Source: Acidimicrobiaceae bacterium (GTDB lineage Bacteria; Actinomycetota; Acidimicrobiia; Acidimicrobiales; Ilumatobacteraceae). From it: a stretch of 64,000 nucleotides of DNA. The notes under the pieces are model-generated. The model had not been told where the DNA came from, ran no database searches, and saw nothing but the letters and a program-made list of their open reading frames with translations. Of the stretch, positions 56,300 to 64,000 are shown in pieces (position 1 is the first letter of the stretch; each line of letters begins with the position of its first letter). Both the position numbers and the translations under genes were made by a program. The stretch is from positions 32,895-96,894 of the forward strand of contig JBEIGJ010000001.1 in assembly GCA_040381935.1 (NCBI GenBank), written 5' to 3'.

Positions 56300-57211
56300 G
56301 TGGGCCGAAACGATGACTTCGATGACGGCGATGACCTCGACGGCTCAAATGGCCCGCCAAAGATTTCCTACCCCTCAGGACCGGTCCCCCCACACGAGCG
56401 CATTTGGCGTCACCCCTCGGAATTGGGTTTCGCCACAGTGGCGGCCGCCGATGCAGCGCCGGTGAACATCGGCCGAACCGGGCGAAGTTTGCTCGGGATC
56501 GCATCCGTCGGTGGTGCCTTTTTAATCGCTGTTCTGTTTGTCGCACTTCAACCAACCGCGCCTGAGCCTGACGCCCAAGATGTCATTGCACTCACCAGCT
56601 CTCAATTGCGGGTTGCGTCTCTCGATCATCCGGGAATCAATCGCGTGGAAGCGAATACGGGCCTGCCCGATCATGCTTCGCGCCGAAACAATGACGCTGT
56701 TGGAATTCTGCTTCCCAATGGCCAATTCCTCATTACAACGATGTCAGCCATCGCCGAGGTAGAAGCCATCGATGTTCGTCTCACTGGTGGTCGAACTGTC
56801 AGTGCACGCGTCGTGCAGACGTACCCCGAACTCTCGATTGCCGTTTTGTCCGTATCAGAGAATTCGACTTCGGCAACCTTCCCGGAAATCGATGTGATGA
56901 GTATCGTTCCGCGCGGTGTGACATTTTCACCAGGGCAAGTAGTCATGGCTCTGGTCGATGTGCCACGACAGCTGACAGTAAGTGAAAAAATCACCGATGT
57001 CTTGGTGTCGCTGCGATCCTCATCAGAGACAGTTGGTGACGTTGCCCGGGTCGCCGAAGGTGCACCAATTGTCGACAAATCAGGCCGACTGATTGGTCTC
57101 TGTACCTATCTGGCCGGTGATCTGGGCTTCATTCCATTCACTGAAATCGAAGCAGCATTGGCGACCTGGATCACCGACGCCGATGTCGTCGAAGGAGAAA
57201 CAGGGCGCTGA
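56300..57211 (+). CDS. Membrane-anchored trypsin-fold (HtrA-like) protein lacking the catalytic triad (predicted pseudoprotease)
   Basis: Cytoplasmic N-terminus with ERIWRHPSELG, a TM segment LLGIASVGGAFLIAVLFVAL, then a domain collinear with S1C proteases. The His, Asp and Ser positions read ITTMSAI, ELSIAVL and VAEGAPIV. GTG start. Confidence 0.6.
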   Translation: MGRNDDFDDGDDLDGSNGPPKISYPSGPVPPHERIWRHPSELGFATVAAADAAPVNIGRTGRSLLGIASVGGAFLIAVLFVALQPTAPEPDAQDVIALTSSQLRVASLDHPGINRVEANTGLPDHASRRNNDAVGILLPNGQFLITTMSAIAEVEAIDVRLTGGRTVSARVVQTYPELSIAVLSVSENSTSATFPEIDVMSIVPRGVTFSPGQVVMALVDVPRQLTVSEKITDVLVSLRSSSETVGDVARVAEGAPIVDKSGRLIGLCTYLAGDLGFIPFTEIEAALATWITDADVVEGETGR

Positions 57212-58241
57212 GTAGCCCGGTGACGACTCCGGTTGCCATTGCCCCCAAAGCAATTTCCTGTTTTCGTTTCGGAGTGAGCATCGTCCACCATTTGGCATCA
57301 GTGCCTTCGACGAATGCTTGCTCATTGGTCACCGTTGGAATCCATCCGGCATTTCGCAGTCGTCCATTGGAGACCAACCAAGGTGATCGCACATAAGGCC
57401 GCAATCCCGGAGGAATGGGACCTCTTTGAAAACGCCACTGCAGATCGGCGACAAACTCTCCAAGGCGGTCGGGCAGCCTGATCCGAGGCACCATTCCTGA
57501 TAACGCCCGCACTCGCGACCCCGGTACGAAACCATCGGGAGCGACATTGAATACGCCACCAAGTTCATTTCGAATACAAAGAACAACTGCGGCTGCGACA
57601 TCGTCCAGATGCACGAACTGTGCTGGAACGTCATCGACACCGAGCCGTCCCCCCATGCCAGCAGCCAACGCACGTACCAGGCTCGATGTGCCATCAAAAG
57701 CCATTGCCGGTACCGGTCGAAGTATGCAGGCCATCCGGTTCGTATCAGCGCTTCGCCAATCATCCACCAGTTGTTCCGCAGTGGCTAGCTGTCGCGCAAA
57801 GGCAAACCCATAGTCAGGTCGCAATGTCGCATCTTCGGTCAGTGGGATCGGGTTGTTCGGCCACGCCCCATAGACCATGGCCGAAGAGAGGAGAAGGACG
57901 TACCGAACCCCACAATGCGCGGCCTGTGCAAGGATTTCCGGTGTACCAACAACAGCACTACGTCCACGCGCTACGAGAGCGTCGTGATCTCCAGGCGCAA
58001 GGTGCACCAGTACATCTAATGGTTCATGTATCGGCCATACGTCGCGACGAGCTTCGTAGACAATGAACTGCTCGCCGTTCGGATCCTCACTTCGGAGGCG
58101 CTCGACCACTCGCCGGCCGAGCGGCCACGTGGCCCCGGTGACGAGTATTTTTCTGGGGCCCTGCAACTGTTCGACGACATCGTGTACCCGCTCTGGGAGT
58201 TCGACTCCATCGATCGAAATCAGGCCAGTGGGCGATGACAT
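57171..58241 (-). CDS. NAD-dependent epimerase/dehydratase family protein with a C-terminal TM anchor
   Basis: Rossmann motif ILVTGATWPLGRRV and C-terminal IALGAMATGVVTGLLSALFLL. The start is set at ATG 58241; the longer ORF would overlap the divergent gene. Confidence 0.75.
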   Translation of the reverse strand: MSSPTGLISIDGVELPERVHDVVEQLQGPRKILVTGATWPLGRRVVERLRSEDPNGEQFIVYEARRDVWPIHEPLDVLVHLAPGDHDALVARGRSAVVGTPEILAQAAHCGVRYVLLLSSAMVYGAWPNNPIPLTEDATLRPDYGFAFARQLATAEQLVDDWRSADTNRMACILRPVPAMAFDGTSSLVRALAAGMGGRLGVDDVPAQFVHLDDVAAAVVLCIRNELGGVFNVAPDGFVPGSRVRALSGMVPRIRLPDRLGEFVADLQWRFQRGPIPPGLRPYVRSPWLVSNGRLRNAGWIPTVTNEQAFVEGTDAKWWTMLTPKRKQEIALGAMATGVVTGLLSALFLLRRHRRR

Positions 58242-58295
58242 ACGACGAACGCTAGTGCCCTGCCGATTGAATCGCTTTGGCCCTAGGCTCGAACT

Positions 58296-59525
58296 GTGGC
58301 TGCCGATGACGAGAATGCCAACAACGACGATGCGCCCAATCCCTTTGGCGGCCTCTTTGGCGGTGGCGCCATGTTTGGCGACATGATGAAGATGTTCTCT
58401 CAGCAAGGGCCCATTCACTGGGACACCGCTCAGCAAATTGCCGCCATGACCTCGACGGGTGGACAATCCGAATCGAATGTTGATCCCGCCCTTCGTTTGG
58501 CGTTCAACGACCTTGCCCGTATTGCGGCCCAGCACGTACACGACATCACCGGACTTGGTGATCCCACCAAAGTGCTGTCCACCGAACCCATATACGTAAC
58601 CCCGGGAGAATGGAGTCGCCGAACACTGGAGGACTACCGACCTCTTTTCACCGACCTCGCCCGGGCATTGAGTTCACCGGCCAGCGAATCAAACAACAGT
58701 TCCGATTCCGATTCCGATCCATTTTCAGCCTTCTTCACCAGCATCACCAACTTGATTGCGCCGATGACCATGGGAATGACTATCGGTTCGATGGTCGGTC
58801 TTCTGTCGAAAAAGTCCTTCGGTCAGTACGACCTGCCACTTCCCCGACCCGAGGATCGAGGCTTATTGATCATTCCGGGAAACGTCGACGCGTTTGCCGA
58901 CAGTTGGGGCTTAGATCGCAACGAAGTACGAATGTGGACCTTGATTCGAGAACTGGTCATTCACTCGGTCTTCAGCCTCCCGCATTTCCGAGATGCCGTG
59001 CAGACTCTGGTACGCGACTTCGTTGCCGCATTCCGACCAGATCCGCAGGCCATCACTGAGCGATTGACGAACCTCGACAGCGGAGACCCGCAAGACATGA
59101 TGAAGTCACTGCAGCGTCTGCTCAGTGATCCCGAACTTCTCTTGGGAGCTGTTCGCTCCCCCGAACAAGAGCGACTACAGCCACGTCTCGACGCCATTTT
59201 GGGTCTGGTCATTGGATGGTCGGACCACATGACCGACACCGTCGGATCGTTGGTTCTGGGCAATCCCTCGCGCATAGCCGAGGCCGTCAGACGCCAACGC
59301 GTTGAGGCTGGAGATGAGACTGTTTTCGTTGAAAAACTCTTCGGGCTTCATCTCAATCGACGACAAGTCGATCGCGGACGCGCCTTTGTGTCCGGAGTAT
59401 TGGAACGCTCCGGGGACGATGGACTTCGACAGATCTATCGCGGTTCGCAATATCTGCCAACCGCTGCAGAGATTGACGCTCCCGGACTCTGGCTGGCTCG
59501 TATCGAAATTACGAAGGACGACTGA
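58296..59525 (+). CDS. DUF2342/Zincin_2-like protein (family usually annotated as zinc-dependent metalloprotease); no HExxH present
   Basis: N-terminus NPFGGLFGGGAMFGDMMKMFSQQGPIHWDTAQQIA and overall layout match the family as I remember it. The expected HExxH position reads IRELVIH. Confidence 0.6.
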   Translation: MAADDENANNDDAPNPFGGLFGGGAMFGDMMKMFSQQGPIHWDTAQQIAAMTSTGGQSESNVDPALRLAFNDLARIAAQHVHDITGLGDPTKVLSTEPIYVTPGEWSRRTLEDYRPLFTDLARALSSPASESNNSSDSDSDPFSAFFTSITNLIAPMTMGMTIGSMVGLLSKKSFGQYDLPLPRPEDRGLLIIPGNVDAFADSWGLDRNEVRMWTLIRELVIHSVFSLPHFRDAVQTLVRDFVAAFRPDPQAITERLTNLDSGDPQDMMKSLQRLLSDPELLLGAVRSPEQERLQPRLDAILGLVIGWSDHMTDTVGSLVLGNPSRIAEAVRRQRVEAGDETVFVEKLFGLHLNRRQVDRGRAFVSGVLERSGDDGLRQIYRGSQYLPTAAEIDAPGLWLARIEITKDD

Positions 59526-60861
59526 AGCGACTGCGGAGTTGACCAAAAATGGTCTTTGGATCATCGCCACGCGCCAATTGACGTAATCCGACCCAGTACA
59601 CACCAGCACCCGAAAAGCCGATACCGGCCACGATGGCGAATCCCAGCGCACCGGGCAGATTCAAGAGCACTGGCACAATGCCAGCGGCCACCCACATCAA
59701 TTGAAACCGCGTGTAATAGTTCGCCAGAGCACGGCCACGATTGGCATCTGGAGCATCACGTTGAACAATGGACTCAAAGGCCATATTGCCCACGGCTGCG
59801 GCATAATTCACGAACATCATCAAGAGCAATGCAGTAATCGTGGTAGCAGTGAGAGCGGTGAATATCCCCGCTGCCCCGATGAACAGTAGTCCCCCGACAA
59901 TGAGCAATTCGATGGGCTGCACTTTGCTCAAACGCTTGGCGCTGAGATTTCCAGCCAAAGATCCCACTGCGGCCATACTCACCGCAATTCCGAACCACAT
60001 AGTTCCGAATTGTGGACCAAAGTGATATTGCACTTGTGTCCACCGACCATCAGAAGCCAAGCCAATGACTTCCATTCGCTCGGGATCAGCGAACCAAAAC
60101 GCCATATGGAAAAAGATGAAACCGACACTGGCGCGAATCAAGCTCATCGCCGACACGGCAATGATCACCCCCGGTCGGTGGAGTTCCTCGATCTCCAATT
60201 CGGCCGGTGCATCCCGGGCCACTGTCTTTTTCGGAAGACGGGTGGCGTTGAGGGAGGCCAATGTGAAGATGACTGCACCAAAAACCAACGTCAGTTTCGG
60301 TGAGATCAAGCTCAAGAGACCTGCCGGTGCCGCAGCGACAAAACCCACCAGACCGGCAGTCACGCCCAATTTGGCATTGGCTTGAACGAGGTCCTTTTCT
60401 GATCGAAGCAGAGATGGGACGAGTGCCGACTTCGAAACGGCATACGTCTTATTCAGAACCATGGCCAAAAATGCGAGTGGAAAGAGCAAGAGTGAATCCA
60501 ATTGCGAGATCATCAACAGCATGACCACGGCGCGGATCGCCGCAATGATGGTCACCAAGAGCCGTCGTCCCCCGGGAATACGGTCGATGACCGGTCCGAT
60601 GAACCGCGCCAAAATCACGAATGGGGCGAAACTGATCGCCAAGAAAAGCAGGACTCGGCTCCGGGCCTCTCCGGGCGTGATCGACAAGAACAGCGAGTCG
60701 GCCAAAGCAACGGCCATCGAGGCCTCTCCGGCCGCCATCATGGCGTGGACTCGGACGAGACGGGTGAAGGGTTGCGGGACGAAGCGATGCTGACGGGCCG
60801 GTGGAACATAGTCCCGTCCCTTGCCCCGTCCCGGAAGCGAAGATCTGGGATCGTCAGTCAC
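59509..60861 (-). CDS. MFS transporter
   Basis: 450 aa with about 12 hydrophobic segments and a central charged loop. The family call is from topology only. Confidence 0.65.
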   Translation of the reverse strand: MTDDPRSSLPGRGKGRDYVPPARQHRFVPQPFTRLVRVHAMMAAGEASMAVALADSLFLSITPGEARSRVLLFLAISFAPFVILARFIGPVIDRIPGGRRLLVTIIAAIRAVVMLLMISQLDSLLLFPLAFLAMVLNKTYAVSKSALVPSLLRSEKDLVQANAKLGVTAGLVGFVAAAPAGLLSLISPKLTLVFGAVIFTLASLNATRLPKKTVARDAPAELEIEELHRPGVIIAVSAMSLIRASVGFIFFHMAFWFADPERMEVIGLASDGRWTQVQYHFGPQFGTMWFGIAVSMAAVGSLAGNLSAKRLSKVQPIELLIVGGLLFIGAAGIFTALTATTITALLLMMFVNYAAAVGNMAFESIVQRDAPDANRGRALANYYTRFQLMWVAAGIVPVLLNLPGALGFAIVAGIGFSGAGVYWVGLRQLARGDDPKTIFGQLRSRFSRPS

Positions 60862-60904
60862 GGCAACACTCTAGAAGGGAACCAACTCTCGGAATCGTTT
60901 CACT

Positions 60905-61615
60905 TCAGTTTCGACTACGTTCGAACTTATAGCCCAGTCCACGGATGGTGACTATTCGAGATGGTGCTGCTGGATCGTCTTCAATTTTCCCGCGCAATCT
61001 CTTGATATGGACATCGAGCGTTTTGGTATCACCGACATAGTCATTTCCCCAGATCCGGTCGATCAGAACTTCTCGAGTGACCACTCGACCGGCATTGGCC
61101 ATCAGGACATGTAGCAACTCAAATTCCTTCAGCGGCATAGGAACCTCGACTTTGTGCACCAAGACAAGGTGCTGTTCAGGATCGAGCGTGACATCACCCA
61201 CGGTGATCGACATCGGCGTATCGATTTCAGCAGAAGCTTCTATCTCCGGTGAGAACCGCCGAAGCACCGCATTCATTCGAGCGACAAGCTCGCGCAGACG
61301 GTAGGGCTTGGTGATGTAATCATCAGCACCGACTTCCAGCCCCACAACCGTGTCGATCTCGGCGCCTTTGGCAGAGACCATGATGATTGGCACACGAGTC
61401 TTCTTGCGGAGTTGGCGACATACATCAAGCCCCGACATTTTTGGCAACATGACATCGAGAAGAACGAGATCGGGTTGAATAGCATCGAATCGCTCTAACG
61501 CTTCCAGACCATCTCGAGCCACTTCGACGCGAAATCCCTCGAGACTGAGCCCTACGCTCAAAGCGTCGATGAAGCTCTCCTCATCCTCCACCAGCAGGAT
61601 CGTTTTCTCAGTCAT
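60905..61615 (-). CDS. regX3: OmpR/PhoB-family response regulator, RegX3-like
   Basis: ILLVEDEESF...LVLLDVMLPKMSGLD...MVSAKG..., C-terminal LKEFELL...IVTIRGLGYKF. The start overlaps the kinase stop (4 nt). Confidence 0.88.
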   Translation of the reverse strand: MTEKTILLVEDEESFIDALSVGLSLEGFRVEVARDGLEALERFDAIQPDLVLLDVMLPKMSGLDVCRQLRKKTRVPIIMVSAKGAEIDTVVGLEVGADDYITKPYRLRELVARMNAVLRRFSPEIEASAEIDTPMSITVGDVTLDPEQHLVLVHKVEVPMPLKEFELLHVLMANAGRVVTREVLIDRIWGNDYVGDTKTLDVHIKRLRGKIEDDPAAPSRIVTIRGLGYKFERSRN

Positions 61616-62787
61616 CTCGTTCCTTCAAAACTTTCGACTACAGCATCCAGACTGCTGGGGGGCGTCGCACTCGGGAAAGTCAAAGTGAAAGTGGAGCCTT
61701 CACCTTCTTCGCTGGCAACCGACACCTGGCCCCCATGGTTGGTAACAACGTGACGAACAATGGCAAGACCCAGTCCCGTCCCGCCTGTTTCTCGCGAACG
61801 AGCCCGGTCAACACGATAAAAACGTTCGAATATTCGATCGATATCTTTTGCTGGAATCCCCATGCCGAAATCTCGCACCGCCATCACTACCATTCCACCC
61901 TCTTGTGCCGCCGTCAGATGAACGCGACCCCCGGACTCGGAATACTTAATGGCATTTTCGATCAGATTGCCCAGAGCCGAAACCAATTGCCGCCGATCGC
62001 CACGAACTTGCAGAGGTCCATCGCCGGCGGGATTTTCCATTCCTCGCTTGTAGGTCACTGTGATCGAACGACTCTCCGTATAAGCCTGAGTGCGACCGAG
62101 AGCCTCCACAATGACAACATCGATATCAACGACATCTTTAACTGACTCACCACCAAATTCGATACGCGATAGCTCCAGCAAGTCATCTATTGTCCGGCCA
62201 GCGCGAATTGCCTCATCGGCGATTTTGTCGGACAAGCGTTTCACGACTGCTGGATCATCAACTTGTGAAAGTGCCTCGGCCAAAACCGCTAAGGCCCCCA
62301 CGGGGGTTTTGAGTTCATGACTGATATTGGCTACGAAATCAGTTCGAACTGCGTCAACCAATGCCCGTTCAGTGATGTCTTCTACAAGGACAACAGCACC
62401 TCCATTGGCTAATGGAGAAGCCAAAACCGATACCACCCGACGCGGCGGACCATAAAGGTCCAAAGTCTGCTGGCCTATCCGCCCACTGCGCGCCAGATGC
62501 ACATGGCGATCGACGGCCTCCTCCACGAGCAGATCTGAATGAACTGCTCCTGTTGGAGTGCAGGCCTGATTATTGCGATAGATAATTTCACCGTCTGGTG
62601 AGGCAATGGCTAAACCGATGGCGATGGAATCCAATGCCTCAGCGAATGGCACAACGGATACGTCACTCTCGAATTCGGCCTGAGATACCAGCGGCCAGCT
62701 CGAGCGTTGCCTGCTCCTGACCCACATGCCAACCACAACACACCAACCAAGAATGGCACTCACCGTCAAGAGTGTCGTACTCGACAT
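61612..62787 (-). CDS. senX3: Sensor histidine kinase, SenX3-like (TM, PAS-like, HisKA, HATPase_c)
   Basis: H-box ANISHELKTPVGAL, NLIENAIKYS, DFGMGIP and GTGLGLAIV. The ATG at 62787 is preceded by AGGAAAGG; the ORF-track start at 62853 would overlap phoU. Confidence 0.88.
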   Translation of the reverse strand: MSSTTLLTVSAILGWCVVVGMWVRSRQRSSWPLVSQAEFESDVSVVPFAEALDSIAIGLAIASPDGEIIYRNNQACTPTGAVHSDLLVEEAVDRHVHLARSGRIGQQTLDLYGPPRRVVSVLASPLANGGAVVLVEDITERALVDAVRTDFVANISHELKTPVGALAVLAEALSQVDDPAVVKRLSDKIADEAIRAGRTIDDLLELSRIEFGGESVKDVVDIDVVIVEALGRTQAYTESRSITVTYKRGMENPAGDGPLQVRGDRRQLVSALGNLIENAIKYSESGGRVHLTAAQEGGMVVMAVRDFGMGIPAKDIDRIFERFYRVDRARSRETGGTGLGLAIVRHVVTNHGGQVSVASEEGEGSTFTLTFPSATPPSSLDAVVESFEGTR

Positions 62788-62833
62788 GATCAAGACCTTT
62801 CCTGACGGGCCGAAAACACCGGAGTCGGATTGC

Positions 62834-63547
62834 TCACACGCGAATTCCGCCAACTTCGTCGAGAGAACCGGGGTTTGGATAACCGCGACGCAACTCAGAA
62901 AGGGCTGGCAGTTCTCCTGTCAGGAAGAATCGAATGAAATCAGCGATATTCACCGCATGATCGCCAATGCGCTCATAGAACCGAGCAGTTATGGCCATGT
63001 GCACCGCTACTGGTAAATCGATGGTCCCGTTTCGGTGTGCTTCGAAGATGGACTGAATGAAATGCTTGTGCAGCGAATCGAGATGCATATCCATGTCCCG
63101 CACCGCATTGGCCTTTGGTAGATCGAAGGCCCCATAGGCGTCAAAACTCTGTCGTAGGAGCAACTGAGCCTGCTGGCTCATGGCACCAATGAGTTCCCTC
63201 AAGGTGGGATCTAGTGGATAGCCATGGATTCTTCGAGCCACTTTGCAAAGGTTCTTTACCAAATCAGAAGAACGTTCGATATCGGCTGACATTTTCATGA
63301 TGGCTACGGCATGACGAAGTTCGCCGGCCACTGGTGTATGAAGGGCCATGAAAGAAACACAGCGTTCCTCCAAAATCAGAGTGCGGGCATCCATTTCGTC
63401 GTCGGACAAGATTTGGTACTCAGCACCTTCCAGATCTTGATCGAGCAAAATCTGTGTCGCTCTTGGAACGCTGGCAATCAAGATTTCGCCGAGTTCCAAT
63501 GCTTCTGCTCGGAGACTCTGAAGTTCATCGTGAGCGGCTCGATTCAT
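62834..63547 (-). CDS. phoU: Phosphate signalling complex protein PhoU
   Basis: Two PhoU repeats; FYERIGDHAVNIADF and an earlier IERSSDLVKN block. Confidence 0.9.
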   Translation of the reverse strand: MNRAAHDELQSLRAEALELGEILIASVPRATQILLDQDLEGAEYQILSDDEMDARTLILEERCVSFMALHTPVAGELRHAVAIMKMSADIERSSDLVKNLCKVARRIHGYPLDPTLRELIGAMSQQAQLLLRQSFDAYGAFDLPKANAVRDMDMHLDSLHKHFIQSIFEAHRNGTIDLPVAVHMAITARFYERIGDHAVNIADFIRFFLTGELPALSELRRGYPNPGSLDEVGGIRV

Positions 63548-63586
63548 ATTCTTCTTCCACCTCCATTCGATTGAACAACGCTCTCA

Positions 63587-64000
63587 TCAAGAACCCTTCT
63601 CCGGATAGGACTCGACGATGGGAATGCCACCAATGGGCGTTGGATCGCCAAGTACACGTTCGTGATGTCGAGCAGCTCCGAGATGCTCAGGCAACCATCC
63701 CGACACCTGGAAACGAACCTTCTCTCCAATGTTCACCGCATGGTCGCCAATACGTTCATAAAAACGTGCGACGACTGCCAACTGGATTGCAACCTGCAAA
63801 TCGATACGTCCTCCGGCATGGGATTCAAAAATCGCCTGGATGAATTGACGTTGAAGATCGTCCAAAAATGAATCCATGTCATCGATAGCGGCTGCGCGAG
63901 CGGCATCCATTGTGAGATAGGCACTTGTCGCTTCACTAAAGAGATGACGAGCCTGGTCGGACATTCCCATGACCAGAGTGCGCAATTTTGGGTCGAAGTC
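63587..64000 (-). CDS. Second PhoU-family protein (3' part; gene continues beyond the window end)
   Basis: FYERIGDHAVNIGEKV and FIQAIFESHAGGRIDLQVAIQLAVV are paralogous to the adjacent phoU. The frame stays open to base 64000. Confidence 0.8.
   Translation of the reverse strand, partial: DFDPKLRTLVMGMSDQARHLFSEATSAYLTMDAARAAAIDDMDSFLDDLQRQFIQAIFESHAGGRIDLQVAIQLAVVARFYERIGDHAVNIGEKVRFQVSGWLPEHLGAARHHERVLGDPTPIGGIPIVESYPEKGS

Noticed and set aside
1-64000. Scan for tRNA/rRNA genes, transposases, integrases, phage or defence-system genes, and toxin-antitoxin pairs.
   Set aside because: No T-loop/acceptor-like tRNA signatures turned up in intergenic DNA, and there are no long non-coding stretches (the largest gaps are about 140 nt). 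No ORF had DDE, tyrosine-recombinase or serine-recombinase motifs, or nuclease/ATPase defence hallmarks.

Overview
Gene-dense chromosomal segment with about 60 protein-coding genes on both strands and moderately high GC by eye. The gene content reads as actinobacterial, possibly an Acidimicrobiia-like lineage; this is my inference from MftE/MftF, SenX3-RegX3 with PhoU, PcrA, a RipA-like NlpC/P60 hydrolase and AtsA-type sulfatases. Many genes are chained by 1-nt (TGATG) or 4-nt (ATGA/GTGA) stop/start overlaps, and several convergent gene ends overlap. Main blocks, in order: (1) a Liv-type ABC importer with a fused permease and two ATPases. (2) An ETF/FixCX module in the unusual order etfA-fixC-fixX-etfB, chained to the mycofactocin maturation genes mftE and mftF; no mftA/B/C/D is in the window. 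(3) A DUF4395 protein, a racemase-fold PLP enzyme, a 4 x 23-bp tandem repeat and a DUF418 membrane protein. (4) A minus-strand cassette of two PLP enzymes, a 2OG-Fe(II) oxygenase and a ROK kinase. (5) ung. (6) A second Liv-type ABC operon whose ATPase gene encodes an MFS domain fused to two nucleotide-binding domains (982 aa). (7) Three sulfatase-family genes, one of them an SdsA1-like protein with a degenerate metal motif, interspersed with pcrA. (8) A two-component system with a secreted protein and a divergent ClC channel. (9) A ferredoxin-P450-methyltransferase cassette. (10) Housekeeping and lipid-metabolism genes: guaA, NlpC/P60, tesB, two enoyl-CoA hydratases, nitroreductase, D-aminoacylase. 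(11) A moaE-small membrane protein-mreB-ech chain. (12) A membrane-anchored trypsin-fold protein with all three catalytic residues replaced. (13) A Zincin_2-like protein without HExxH. (14) phoU-phoU-senX3-regX3. I recognised no rRNA, tRNA, CRISPR array, transposase, integrase or phage gene. The best candidate for a poorly described system is the ETF/FixCX-MftE-MftF operon, followed by the MFS-NBD-NBD fusion transporter. All product calls rest on motifs I can read in the translations; no database search was run.
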